Shown: in pieces, positions 1 through 9,757 of the stretch
Numbering within the stretch: the first letter of the stretch is position 1
Layout of the letters: each line of letters opens with the position of its first letter
Source of the DNA: a virus
IMG/VR virus record: IMGVR_UViG_3300019886_000004
Location: 83,917 to 147,916 of that record
Strand: one strand, 5' to 3'
DNA: 64,000 nucleotides
Made by a program: the position numbers and the translations under genes
The notes under the pieces: generated by a model
What the model was told of the DNA's origin: nothing
What the model saw: only the letters and a program-made list of their open reading frames with translations
Databases searched by the model: none

Positions 1-341
1 TAACCTACTCCAGATCCACCAAGTAGTAAAAACATTGTTTCACTAAATGCTCGATAGTCTGAAATATGTAAAAATGCGCAATTATAAATACGATTCGGAG
101 ATAGCTCAATAGGTTTACCTGCAAATTGCGCAGCTCTCATTGACATAAGAACCTTTTTATCTCTTAGATAATGAGTGCGTTCAAAGATTTCCTTTTTTAA
201 TTTAGGATACTTTTTCATCATCATTACTTCATACCTATTGCAGATTTCTTCCCAACTTTCTCTTCTTTTAACCTCTGGCGAATATCTGGCATATTTCATG
301 AATACGCCGATATCAGATAAAATTTTTTGACTTAAATCCAT
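1..341 (-). CDS. nrdJ: Class II (B12-dependent) ribonucleotide reductase, N-terminal part, runs off the window
   Basis: Manual translation from ATG 341: MDLSQKILSDIGVFMKYARY..RRESWEE..MSMRAAQFAG..NRIYNCAF..SETMFLLLGGSGVG, typical of the monomeric NrdJ N-terminus; next to dUTPase. Confidence 0.85.
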   Translation of the reverse strand, partial: MDLSQKILSDIGVFMKYARYSPEVKRRESWEEICNRYEVMMMKKYPKLKKEIFERTHYLRDKKVLMSMRAAQFAGKPIELSPNRIYNCAFLHISDYRAFSETMFLLLGGSGVG

Positions 342-360
342 AGTTTGTATTCAATTCATA

Positions 361-392
361 CAAATGTACGGAAATAAATCCATATAAACAAA
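361..392 (-). promoter_or_regulatory. Bacteroidota sigma70-type promoter
   Basis: TTTG-N20-TACATTTG upstream of nrdJ. Confidence 0.8.
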
Positions 393-417
393 TTTTATTG
401 ACTTAATTTAAAAAATT

Positions 418-443
418 AAAGTCGATATAGAAATATCGACTTT
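418..443. terminator. Intrinsic terminator hairpin after dut
   Basis: AAAGTCGATAT-agaa-ATATCGACTTT with T/A tracts on both sides. Confidence 0.7.
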
Positions 444-470
444 TTCATTACACATTAAAACAGACTATAT

Positions 471-896
471 TTATCCAGTAGAACCAAATGCAGATGCTGC
501 GCGATCGGTGTCTTCCAGTTTTTGAACTTCTTCAAATTCTACTTTCGGTATTGGTATTACTATTAGTTGAGCAACTCTATCTCCTACTGTATAAGCCTTA
601 CTGTTTCTTATATATTTAAAACGAGCTTTAATTTCTCCTCGATATCCTGAATCCACTACTCCAACAGCATTACTCAAAATCATACCTGTATTTGAAATCG
701 AAGACCTAGGAAATATTAATCCAACGTGATTTTCTGGTATTTCCAAGGAAATTCCAAAACCATATTCATAGTATCCAAAATCTTTATTATCAACGACTAT
801 CATCGAAGTTGATGTGAGATCCATACCACCATCTCCTTGCTTCTGATACTCTGGAATTTTGGCCGAATCAACCAATTTCTTTATTTTTATCTTCAT
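471..896 (-). CDS. dut: Trimeric dUTPase
   Basis: Motifs GMDL, PRSS, GVVDSGYRGEI, RVAQL, FGSTG. Confidence 0.95.
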   Translation of the reverse strand: MKIKIKKLVDSAKIPEYQKQGDGGMDLTSTSMIVVDNKDFGYYEYGFGISLEIPENHVGLIFPRSSISNTGMILSNAVGVVDSGYRGEIKARFKYIRNSKAYTVGDRVAQLIVIPIPKVEFEEVQKLEDTDRAASAFGSTG

Positions 897-1560
897 AGTT
901 TTCGTATATTAGTTTTATGAAGTCTAAGAATTTTCCTCTATCAAAATTGAACTTTATAGTATTGACAGCATGGCAACAAAGAACTATATTTGATTTTATG
1001 TATCCGATTCTATTATCAACTCTGTCAACACTCACATGTGTTAATTTTGGTTCATTATCAATTGTCATAGGTATATTTGTATATTTACATATACCTTTTT
1101 GTTCTTTCCATAATTCTATTAAATCAGAAATCTCAATATCAAAATGTATATTTCTTTTTTTCGACATTGATCTCATCCTCTGAAATTTCATGGCAAAGAA
1201 TTTTTCGTCTTTACTATATTTAAATCTTGGATTTTTGCTGTTGTACTCGAATTTACATCCATTACAACAACAAGATGGTCTACCAAGTTGATCTAAATAA
1301 ACGTGTCTTTTTTGATAAAAGTCCTTGTTGCAGTTTGCACAATGAACCAAAACTTGTGTATTTTTTCCAACATTGAGAAATTTAGGTGCACAGTATTTAC
1401 AGTAACCTGTACCTCTTTTTAAGAAGGTGATACCGTACACCCTCATTTCTTTATTACAATCCAGATTTCTACATTTACAAATATAAATCTTTGTTGTCTC
1501 AATACACTTCTTAGTTTGCTTTTTTCTAATTTCTATTCTTATAACTTGTGATACTTCCAT
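868..1560 (-). CDS. HNH-type (homing) endonuclease with Zn fingers
   Basis: CxxC clusters, then QKGICKYT..SVDRVDNRIGYIKSNIVLCCHAVN. Confidence 0.75.
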   Translation of the reverse strand: MEVSQVIRIEIRKKQTKKCIETTKIYICKCRNLDCNKEMRVYGITFLKRGTGYCKYCAPKFLNVGKNTQVLVHCANCNKDFYQKRHVYLDQLGRPSCCCNGCKFEYNSKNPRFKYSKDEKFFAMKFQRMRSMSKKRNIHFDIEISDLIELWKEQKGICKYTNIPMTIDNEPKLTHVSVDRVDNRIGYIKSNIVLCCHAVNTIKFNFDRGKFLDFIKLIYENYEDKNKEIG

Positions 1561-1578
1561 ATATCATATATCTTTTAT

Positions 1579-1610
1579 ATAATATACTGAAAATATTCCA
1601 TATAACCAAA
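1579..1610 (-). promoter_or_regulatory. Variant promoter
   Basis: TTTG-N20-TATATTAT upstream of the HNH gene. Confidence 0.55.
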
Positions 1611-1621
1611 TTTATTTTCTA

Positions 1622-2314
1622 TTAACCTTTAACTTCATCTAATTGTTTTTTTTCTGAACATACGAATGTTTCAAGTTTTAGATTTGGTTTACTACATAAT
1701 TCTTTTACTTCTTCCAAATCTTGGATCGGAATCCCTAATTCATCTGCAAAAAATTTAAAGCAATTTCCTTCCTCATTTTTTTTATCATCAAAATTGGCAT
1801 CTGGCCAAAGATAACAATAAAGTTTCTTTTGCTCAGTTGGTAATAAAGAAGACCATTTATAGTTTTTTATAATTTGTTTAGCTTTCTCTGTCATTTGAGA
1901 GTATCTACCTTTCATAAAATTACTCCAGTCACTTGTGTAACCAGAAAGATCATATGTATATAGATATTCATCTGGTGATTCATGAAATCCAACAAACCTT
2001 TTATTAGACATTAAAATAGTTTCATATTTTTCCCAACCAGTTTCTTGAATACTTATATTTTTAAAATTGTTATTAATTTGATTATAAATATTATCTTGTT
2101 TAATCTTATAAATTTTAGAATAAGTAACAATTAATATTTTATCATCAAAACTAATACCATTTGGATAGTCACCACAAACTAGATCTGGTGAAGATATATA
2201 AGTATTTGTTTCCGTGAAGTATTTATTCTTTATTAACCCAGTCAAAGGTAATAGAAATAGTTTTGACTTTTGTAGGTAACTTTTTTGCAGTAGAGAAGAT
2301 TCTTTTTTATTCAT
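1622..2314 (-). CDS. Hypothetical phage protein
   Basis: 230 aa ORF in operon context; no motif recognised. Confidence 0.6.
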   Translation of the reverse strand: MNKKESSLLQKSYLQKSKLFLLPLTGLIKNKYFTETNTYISSPDLVCGDYPNGISFDDKILIVTYSKIYKIKQDNIYNQINNNFKNISIQETGWEKYETILMSNKRFVGFHESPDEYLYTYDLSGYTSDWSNFMKGRYSQMTEKAKQIIKNYKWSSLLPTEQKKLYCYLWPDANFDDKKNEEGNCFKFFADELGIPIQDLEEVKELCSKPNLKLETFVCSEKKQLDEVKG

Positions 2315-2342
2315 TAAACAAATAAAGTTTAGAACATTTTAT

Positions 2343-3695
2343 TTATATTACATATTCGGAAAAACCATAAGGTAAATTAATTGGTCCATCATTAAATATC
2401 AAAGTAGATTCCGTAATTTTATCTTTCAAATTTTTCTTCCATCTTATAAGTGTAGATTTCTTGACTGTGAATCTCATGTAGTTATACTCTTTGTCACATA
2501 CAAACACTCCTGTTATTACATTAATACCCTGCTTTATTTTATCAGAATATTCTTTTTGAACCAATTCATTTATCAATGCTATTTTTAAAGATAATGGTGA
2601 AGATTCAATAACCTCATATATTTCTTTAATATTATCAACAAAAGTGAAAAATTCCAAGAATATTTCTTTATTTCTTACATCTATATATGGTATTGTTTCT
2701 TTAAAATAAAAAGGTTCAGAGTATTCAATAGTTTCCTCTATTTTATTATTTAACCTGTTACTTCTATAGTGTAAATTCGAAGGATTTATTTTATACTCTT
2801 TATCATATAAATTGGATAAGTTATCAAAATATTCCTTTTGTTTTTCTGTTACTACAATTTTCTCTCCTCTTGTTAATAAATATCTAAAGTATGCGTGATA
2901 GTCCTTAGCTTCTTCAATAACTGTTTGCAAAGTCTTACCTTCATATCCAGCAAATTGATATGCTATTTTCTGTAACTCCTCCATATTGTCCAAACCATCG
3001 CATTCTAGGATGCTAAGTTGCTTATTTACTAATTCGGATAGTTTTTCTAGATATTTTTTCATTAAAGGAGACTCTGGTTTATCTGTCTCTATAGTAAATA
3101 TTTCATCAAATTGACCTGACTGTAATATAGCAGTTTTTATTAAAATATCTATATTACTATCACTAGTAAAAGCAACAGGATCATTATAGATTTCCCAAAA
3201 CTTTCTTCTATTAATTAATGATAAATTAATTAAATATAGATTTAATGGCCTTCTAAAGCTAAAGTTTTTCTCCTTTTTCTCCTTTTTCTCCTCTACTTTT
3301 TCTTTTCTCATTAAATTCTTACCAAAATAATCTTCATGGAAAAGATTTCCATCGCTTGTAAATGGCTCTAAATCATATTCACTGTCTTGAGCCTCAACAT
3401 AATTAATAGCTAATCCTTGATGATTACATATCCATGCTCTACCTTCTTTTTTGTCAACTATTCTACAATTGGCTAATTCATCTCTAGGAATTTTAACATA
3501 TTCACTAATATCATCTCTTTTGATGACACCCAAAACACCAAGATTATTATGGACTATTAGTAGATTTTCATCCATTACATCAATAATCTCAGATCCATCA
3601 AAGACTTCTTCAAAGATTTCTTCTTTGATTGAACTACCATCATATGATGGATTTTTTCCTTTTATATATTTTCTAACTGCTGCCATTTTCCACAT
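2343..3695 (-). CDS. Hypothetical protein, possibly a degenerate PD-(D/E)XK-related nuclease
   Basis: 450 aa ORF; function guessed from context only. Confidence 0.4.
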   Translation of the reverse strand: MWKMAAVRKYIKGKNPSYDGSSIKEEIFEEVFDGSEIIDVMDENLLIVHNNLGVLGVIKRDDISEYVKIPRDELANCRIVDKKEGRAWICNHQGLAINYVEAQDSEYDLEPFTSDGNLFHEDYFGKNLMRKEKVEEKKEKKEKNFSFRRPLNLYLINLSLINRRKFWEIYNDPVAFTSDSNIDILIKTAILQSGQFDEIFTIETDKPESPLMKKYLEKLSELVNKQLSILECDGLDNMEELQKIAYQFAGYEGKTLQTVIEEAKDYHAYFRYLLTRGEKIVVTEKQKEYFDNLSNLYDKEYKINPSNLHYRSNRLNNKIEETIEYSEPFYFKETIPYIDVRNKEIFLEFFTFVDNIKEIYEVIESSPLSLKIALINELVQKEYSDKIKQGINVITGVFVCDKEYNYMRFTVKKSTLIRWKKNLKDKITESTLIFNDGPINLPYGFSEYVI

Positions 3696-4044
3696 TTTTT
3701 AATACTTCGTAGAAATCTTCTTTTCTCAAAATAACGTAATCACCACACTTAAAAAATCGTGATCCGCGTTTTTCTGTAATTTCATGAAAAACAACTAAAG
3801 GTTTATCTTTAAGTTTAAATTGCTCAAATATATCTCTATATTTTAGAGGACTAGTATAGCTTTTACATTGTATATGATAAGGAAATCTTTTTAAAGATTC
3901 TGGAGTGTCAACTATGTCAACATCCATATTATCCATATATCTACTGTAAAGTCTAGATGTACCTACCAAATAACCTAGTTTCAAGTTATTTATCTCAGTT
4001 ACAATTTTTCTTTCGTAGTTTGATCCTTTTACCTTGTTAAGCAT
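3673..4044 (-). CDS. PD-(D/E)XK nuclease, Holliday-junction resolvase-like
   Basis: KGSNYERKI...VDIVD...HIQCK. Confidence 0.7.
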   Translation of the reverse strand: MLNKVKGSNYERKIVTEINNLKLGYLVGTSRLYSRYMDNMDVDIVDTPESLKRFPYHIQCKSYTSPLKYRDIFEQFKLKDKPLVVFHEITEKRGSRFFKCGDYVILRKEDFYEVLKNVENGSS

Positions 4045-4058
4045 ACATTGGTTTTAAC

Positions 4059-4090
4059 CAAATATACGCATTTTTCATGAAATTACCAAA
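4059..4090 (-). promoter_or_regulatory. Bacteroidota sigma70-type promoter
   Basis: TTTG-N20-TATATTTG. Confidence 0.8.
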
Positions 4091-4099
4091 TTATTATTC

Positions 4100-4657
4100 T
4101 TAGACTTGCGTTATCTTCATTTCTTCATCAATATTTAAACTATATGTACTACATGTGTGTTTATAGTTATTTCGTCTATTTTTAAATGAAGACATTGATT
4201 GTAATCCTAGATTTTTAACACATTTAAGTATTATTGGCTGTTCAACATCAGAAATAATGAAATCAACAGAGCTATAATACATTATATTACATATTGATTC
4301 TACCAGGTTTAAAACCTCTCTAAACATTTGTGTTGATTGTTCTGTGGTAATACTAATGGAATCTAACCCACTATGTATCATTGTATAAGAATATATGTCA
4401 TGAATTATAAGTTTTCCACAACAACTAGGATATTCTACTATGCTGAATCCCAAAATATTATATTCAGACTTAGTTAGTATAGAAAACGAAACAGGACCTT
4501 TGTTACCTATGGTTATCCTACTAATTGGACGAATCATACTATTAAATATATCATCCTCATCAGAATAAATCAAAGATTTTGATCTAGATACAAGTATTAA
4601 GTCTTTTATATTTAATATTTTACTAATATTATTCTTAAAGTCTAATATGCATCCCAT
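4100..4657 (-). CDS. GNAT-like protein of the CCG paralogue family
   Basis: PSCCGKLIIHD and C-terminal GLQSMSSFKNRR, shared with four other ORFs in the window. Confidence 0.5.
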   Translation of the reverse strand: MGCILDFKNNISKILNIKDLILVSRSKSLIYSDEDDIFNSMIRPISRITIGNKGPVSFSILTKSEYNILGFSIVEYPSCCGKLIIHDIYSYTMIHSGLDSISITTEQSTQMFREVLNLVESICNIMYYSSVDFIISDVEQPIILKCVKNLGLQSMSSFKNRRNNYKHTCSTYSLNIDEEMKITQV

Positions 4658-5508
4658 ACATCTGTAAGTTCTTTTTCCTTAATTAAGACTAGTATACCAA
4701 ACTCATCACATATTTTACCAGCAAGTTCTTTATTACTGGAATTAATTGCCTCAACAATATCTATTGACATTTCATTAATCTTATCCATTCCATGTTCATT
4801 ATAATAGTCAAACATTTGATTGATTTGATTAAAAATGTACTCAACATATTCTCTATCTTCAACCCAGAAATTAGAAAGTGTTCTAGCTTCAAAACCCCTT
4901 GATTCACTCCATTCACACAACCTCATTTCTCCAGCCTTACCATATAGTTGTCTCCTTCTTTCATCGCTATCTAAAAATAGGCAAGGTATTGTCACAAAAG
5001 TATCAAAAACTTTCATTAAATCAATGGAATTATTTACATCAGCTCCTTCAAAGCTGAAATGAAGATGACCTCCGCACACCCTCAAATTAGTATCTAATAG
5101 ATTACAAGAAGGATTCATTTCTCCATCCAACCAAGCATTATATGAAGGACTACATCCAGCCACCTTTGCTTCTGGATGCTCTAGTTGATCTTCTGTAAAT
5201 TCTGCTGAAGGACAACAAGTTATTTTTAACTTTTCTTCCTTGGCATATTTACTTAATATGTAACTCTTAATATACTCAAGATTCTCCAAAAATTCCTGGC
5301 TACCATCTAATTTTACTGGCGGCACATTACATTCTTGTAATACACCATCATACTGTAAGCAACATCCCTTTCTAGGAAGTTGTTCTGGAAATTTCTTAGT
5401 TCCGCTATTAAAGGGTATTGCAGATATAAATTTTCCTTCATCATTAGTTAAAAATAGTTCAAAATCAGAACCTATTAGTACTGTTTCCTTATTTACTTTC
5501 ATTTTCAT
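4642..5508 (-). CDS. phiEco32-like COOH-NH2 ligase (type 2)
   Basis: IGSDFELFL, QYDGVLQECN, GGHLHF, RRQLYGKAGEMR, FEARTLSNFW. Confidence 0.85.
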   Translation of the reverse strand: MKMKVNKETVLIGSDFELFLTNDEGKFISAIPFNSGTKKFPEQLPRKGCCLQYDGVLQECNVPPVKLDGSQEFLENLEYIKSYILSKYAKEEKLKITCCPSAEFTEDQLEHPEAKVAGCSPSYNAWLDGEMNPSCNLLDTNLRVCGGHLHFSFEGADVNNSIDLMKVFDTFVTIPCLFLDSDERRRQLYGKAGEMRLCEWSESRGFEARTLSNFWVEDREYVEYIFNQINQMFDYYNEHGMDKINEMSIDIVEAINSSNKELAGKICDEFGILVLIKEKELTDVWDAY

Positions 5509-5998
5509 TCAGATTTAATAGCCAAATATTTAAAGTATTTCCAGTTTTTGCATTAATAAACTCAAGGCTTTTTAACCAACCTTGTTTTTCAAATATCTTA
5601 ACTTGATATTCATTATTTTTCTTATCTGCACCTTGCAATACACCATATCCATAATAGGAAGAAAAGTCAGACATGAACTTTGTTGCAATAGAACCAATTC
5701 CTTTATTTCTAAAGTTCTTAGATACAAGAAGATTGCTTCCAACAATTATACCACAACAATTATACATATCTTTTAAATCAAAAGTAACTATAGTTAATTT
5801 ATTATAGTCTACTTTAAATATTAAGTTACATTGACCTTTTCCTATTTCTTCAGGATTATATTGATTAAAGAATTCTTCCAGGGTATACTGTACCCCGGAA
5901 GAATTTTCGTAAACCTTTATTTCAATCTGTTGTTCCTTACATCCTATAATTTTAGATATATCTGTTCTAAACTTGGACTGAATTTCTTTCGTTTTCAT
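5489..5998 (-). CDS. GNAT acetyltransferase-like protein (CCG family)
   Basis: NCCGII, acetyl-CoA motif A VSKNFRNKGIGS, IFEKQGW. Confidence 0.7.
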   Translation of the reverse strand: MKTKEIQSKFRTDISKIIGCKEQQIEIKVYENSSGVQYTLEEFFNQYNPEEIGKGQCNLIFKVDYNKLTIVTFDLKDMYNCCGIIVGSNLLVSKNFRNKGIGSIATKFMSDFSSYYGYGVLQGADKKNNEYQVKIFEKQGWLKSLEFINAKTGNTLNIWLLNLNENESK

Positions 5999-6695
5999 GT
6001 TTGTAATTTGGAGACTTTTTTATTAAGTTTGTAATAAGATATCTTGCTAGCAAATTATAGTCTTCCTCTGGATGAAATTGACAAGCGGCTATCGGAAGAG
6101 TTTTATGTTGAAATACTTCTGCAATGTCATCCTTTGCAGTATATGCAATTAATTCTAGTGGCTCAGGTAACTCATCCTTTCTAACACCTTGATGGTGAAG
6201 TGAACAACATTTCATTTTTTTACTTTTAGAATTCTTTAATAAAGATGTTTCTAATATAGTAAATTTCGGAGTGAATGTAAGATCATTAACTAATTCTCCT
6301 CTATTTTCGGAATCACTATATCCATGCGTTCCAAGGTCTATATTTTGTATTAGTTTGCCACCAAAATGTACATTAATCATTTGGAAACCTAAACAGATTC
6401 CGAATACTGGTATTCCCGCATCAATATATTTAGGTAAATTAACTTTAGCAAAATGTTCTTTGAATGGATCTGGATCACTATTAAAATATCCTGGAACAGC
6501 CTCATAATTACTTGGTAAAGTATCCTTACCTCCTGGCATTATAATTAAATCTAAATCATTATCAATACCCATTTTTGGAGTTAGAATTCTAACATCTCCA
6601 AACACTTTGAAGAAGTGTAAATAAGATTTTGCTACACCAAAAGATAATTCTCCTTGACTCCAACCCGGTATTCCAATTTTAGGAACGTATTTCAT
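5967..6695 (-). CDS. Class I glutamine amidotransferase / peptidase C26 (PuuD-like)
   Basis: PGGKD, GICLGFQ, SLHHQ, QFHPE. Confidence 0.9.
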   Translation of the reverse strand: MKYVPKIGIPGWSQGELSFGVAKSYLHFFKVFGDVRILTPKMGIDNDLDLIIMPGGKDTLPSNYEAVPGYFNSDPDPFKEHFAKVNLPKYIDAGIPVFGICLGFQMINVHFGGKLIQNIDLGTHGYSDSENRGELVNDLTFTPKFTILETSLLKNSKSKKMKCCSLHHQGVRKDELPEPLELIAYTAKDDIAEVFQHKTLPIAACQFHPEEDYNLLARYLITNLIKKSPNYKHENERNSVQV

Positions 6696-6713
6696 ATTAA
6701 TTCATTTAAAATT

Positions 6714-7373
6714 TTATAATTCATTATTAAAAAACTTCACTAAAGTCTTTTTAGTCCAATCCATTACTGGTTCAAATTGACTAGATTTATGCATCATTTC
6801 CGGATGGAATTGAAACCCGATTGCACTAATTTTAGGAAAATAAATCGACTCAATTTCTTTAAAATTCCAAGGAAGTAAGATTGATTTATCCTTTGGACCT
6901 AAATATCTATTAGACCTTCTCTTACTACTCCAAGCTAATACTTTATAGTTCCTTGGATCCTTAATTGTATAAGGATTGATCATTTGATGATGTATACTAT
7001 TTGTATTTACAGAAACACCATCAAAAGTTGTTATTGTATGGCTGCTTCCACTATGACCACTAACGTCTTGAATCAACTTACCACCCGCCATTGCACAAAT
7101 AAATTGAATACCGCGACATATACCCAGCATCTTCTTACCAAGTTTTATACCTTCCATAAAGTCTTCTTTTTCTATCTTCTCCTTTTGTGGACTAGTCCAG
7201 GTCCTGTCACTTGCTTCTTCTCCATAGGTGCTTGGATCTACATCAGCTCCTCCCCCAAAAATTATTACATCTGCCTCTTCTATATTTCTAGTATGTACAA
7301 ATCCTAAATCCTGTAAGAAATTTCCATTATTTGCTCCACACGCAGACGTGAAATACTTATTTAATTTCTCCAT
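6714..7373 (-). CDS. Class I glutamine amidotransferase / peptidase C26, second copy
   Basis: GGGADVDP, GICRGIQ, NSIHHQ, QFHPE. Confidence 0.9.
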   Translation of the reverse strand: MEKLNKYFTSACGANNGNFLQDLGFVHTRNIEEADVIIFGGGADVDPSTYGEEASDRTWTSPQKEKIEKEDFMEGIKLGKKMLGICRGIQFICAMAGGKLIQDVSGHSGSSHTITTFDGVSVNTNSIHHQMINPYTIKDPRNYKVLAWSSKRRSNRYLGPKDKSILLPWNFKEIESIYFPKISAIGFQFHPEMMHKSSQFEPVMDWTKKTLVKFFNNEL

Positions 7374-8178
7374 AAAGTCTTATTAAGTCGTTTCCTTCTA
7401 TTCTTTTTTGAAAGTCTGAAATCTTTAAATTTGAATTAAATCTTGTTTGAAATAGTTTTCCAAGATTTCCATCTTTTTGGTTTTTAATCAACACATCAAA
7501 CTCTTGCTTACTTAACAATTTACTAATGAAAGTTTCTCTATTTTCAACCCTAAGTAAGGAGAACGTTTCGTTAAATCCATGATTTCCTGCAAAATAATAG
7601 TGAGCCATTTGAAGTAATTCAAAGTCTTCAATCATTTTTGCATTGATACCATTTATAGCTTTTAAATTGACAAATCTACAAAAGTTCTTAACTACTTGAT
7701 CATAATGGTCAGAAAATAAATATCTAACCATGCAATAAGCACAATAATTTCTTAATTGATTTTCATGAGAATTTTCTTTTATTTTTATTTTAAATGCTTC
7801 CCATTTATCTTCAATTATAAAACTACCCATGTCTAATTTCAATTCGTTCTCATTTTGCCATCCTTTCACTGATGTAAAATTCGTTCCAATCTCACTAGAA
7901 GTTTTATTACCTAAGTATTTTACTTCGCAAAAGAAATTAGATGTTAAGTCTATCCAATAATTAAAGAAACTTTTATTTCTGGCTTGCCTTATTAACCAGT
8001 CACTTGGATAATAAAATTTAATCTTTCCATTCTTAACCTTGTATTTATCATTGTTTATATCAAAAGTCATTTTAATTATTTGAGAACAATGTGTTACCAT
8101 TTTCTTAATTACGATTTGATCGTCATCATCGTAAATTATGAAAAATCCATAACTATTTCTATTATTAATTGTCATCAT
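7357..8178 (-). CDS. Hypothetical protein in the ligase cluster
   Basis: 273 aa ORF overlapping both neighbours. Confidence 0.55.
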   Translation of the reverse strand: MMTINNRNSYGFFIIYDDDDQIVIKKMVTHCSQIIKMTFDINNDKYKVKNGKIKFYYPSDWLIRQARNKSFFNYWIDLTSNFFCEVKYLGNKTSSEIGTNFTSVKGWQNENELKLDMGSFIIEDKWEAFKIKIKENSHENQLRNYCAYCMVRYLFSDHYDQVVKNFCRFVNLKAINGINAKMIEDFELLQMAHYYFAGNHGFNETFSLLRVENRETFISKLLSKQEFDVLIKNQKDGNLGKLFQTRFNSNLKISDFQKRIEGNDLIRLYGEIK

Positions 8179-9743
8179 TTGATTTCCATATTATTGTGCT
8201 TAAAATTAAAATTAGGATCATCATCAAACCACTTCGATTCAACAGTTTTGTAATTTTTATAAGATCCGTCTTTATTAAAAAATGTTTCATACCTCATCTT
8301 GTAATACTCCATTATATAATTTGTGTACTTTTCTCCTAAATTTTCAAGTAATACCTCTCTTAACGTAATGGACTTTGCAGTTAAGCAAGTTTTCACATTC
8401 TCAGCATATTTAAGAATGGAAGCACAAGTCAACATCCAAATTAATATTTTAGTTGAATTCACACTTCCTTCAGCGCAACGAAATTCTAGAGTTCCAATTT
8501 TATTAAAATATAAATTTAGAAAATTAACCCAAAAATATCGAGATTCTTTTTGCCACTTCTCACCAGTTATAGCATGATAAACTGTTTTAGTAGAATAGAT
8601 ATTCTTTAACCACTTATCATAAAACATTTTTTTACCATCTACAACAACACTGGTTCTTATCAATTCCGGATCTCCATGTATAGCAGCTAAACTTTTTCCA
8701 TTATTTAACCAAGTATATATTTTATTGAATTCATTGACAACACATTCATGGAATTTTTCCTCTGAATTTTGTTTGAAGATGAGATCATATTTTACATCAA
8801 GATCACCTAGTGGTTTACAGTATATTTTACCATCTGATTTTATACTATTAAATCTACTATATGGAAAATATTTAACCATTTCACCTTGAAGTAAATAACC
8901 TAATCTATACATTGATAAAGTAAATAATTTATCTTTTCTGACTTTTCCGAAGTGGAAATGCACTGAACAATAATTATTTACTTCACACCTTTTGGTTAGT
9001 TCCTTGCAGAACTTTTTAATTACTTCTATACCCTTTGCACCACTCATCGGCATGGTTACCATCTCGATTCCCTCTCCATTATCACTCCTTAAAGATCCGT
9101 CCTTTAAAGCTTTTATCCCGTACTTATTTCTTATTCTTCTAGGAATAAAACCATTTATGACTTCAGCTTCCATTCCAAAACTATAATCACCTACAAACTT
9201 AGCTAATCTCTTAGAATCAGCTGATACTTTAATTTCTAGTTTTGCATACACTTCTTCTAACTGTTTCTTTCTTTCAGGATCAGCTTCTAAGTTATAACTC
9301 TTAGATCTCTCAACATTTGGAATATGTTTCTTATTAAACCATTCTTTTATATCTTTATCAGTTATAAAAGACTTTTCATAAAATATTCCATCATAAATAG
9401 ATTCAATGAATGAAAGCTTTTCTGCTAGTTCTTCATTTAATATATATATAAAGGAACCTATTCTTTTATCCTTAGCTGTCACGTATAAATCATTATCGCA
9501 AAACCAACCCTCTTCCCCATTCTCATTTATAATACCCTTAATTAATGCAGTATTTGCTTTCAGCACATATTTTTTAGAATAGTTATCATAAATTATTTTA
9601 TCAGTGGATGTAATTCTATACCATTGATCGTCTTCCATTTTAAAACAAGCCTCATTTTCCTTGTAATACTTATCAAGTATTTTATGAGCGCTATCTTTTG
9701 GTATTAGATTACCTAAATAATCCTTTACAAGTTTCTTGCTCAT
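8175..9743 (-). CDS. Putative amidoligase (Amidoligase_2 / GCS-fold)
   Basis: FGMEAE, KDGSL..GIEMVT, CSVHFH, RYFWVN, GTLEFR. Confidence 0.8.
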   Translation of the reverse strand: MSKKLVKDYLGNLIPKDSAHKILDKYYKENEACFKMEDDQWYRITSTDKIIYDNYSKKYVLKANTALIKGIINENGEEGWFCDNDLYVTAKDKRIGSFIYILNEELAEKLSFIESIYDGIFYEKSFITDKDIKEWFNKKHIPNVERSKSYNLEADPERKKQLEEVYAKLEIKVSADSKRLAKFVGDYSFGMEAEVINGFIPRRIRNKYGIKALKDGSLRSDNGEGIEMVTMPMSGAKGIEVIKKFCKELTKRCEVNNYCSVHFHFGKVRKDKLFTLSMYRLGYLLQGEMVKYFPYSRFNSIKSDGKIYCKPLGDLDVKYDLIFKQNSEEKFHECVVNEFNKIYTWLNNGKSLAAIHGDPELIRTSVVVDGKKMFYDKWLKNIYSTKTVYHAITGEKWQKESRYFWVNFLNLYFNKIGTLEFRCAEGSVNSTKILIWMLTCASILKYAENVKTCLTAKSITLREVLLENLGEKYTNYIMEYYKMRYETFFNKDGSYKNYKTVESKWFDDDPNFNFKHNNMEIK

Positions 9744-9757
9744 TGATTTTAATTTAA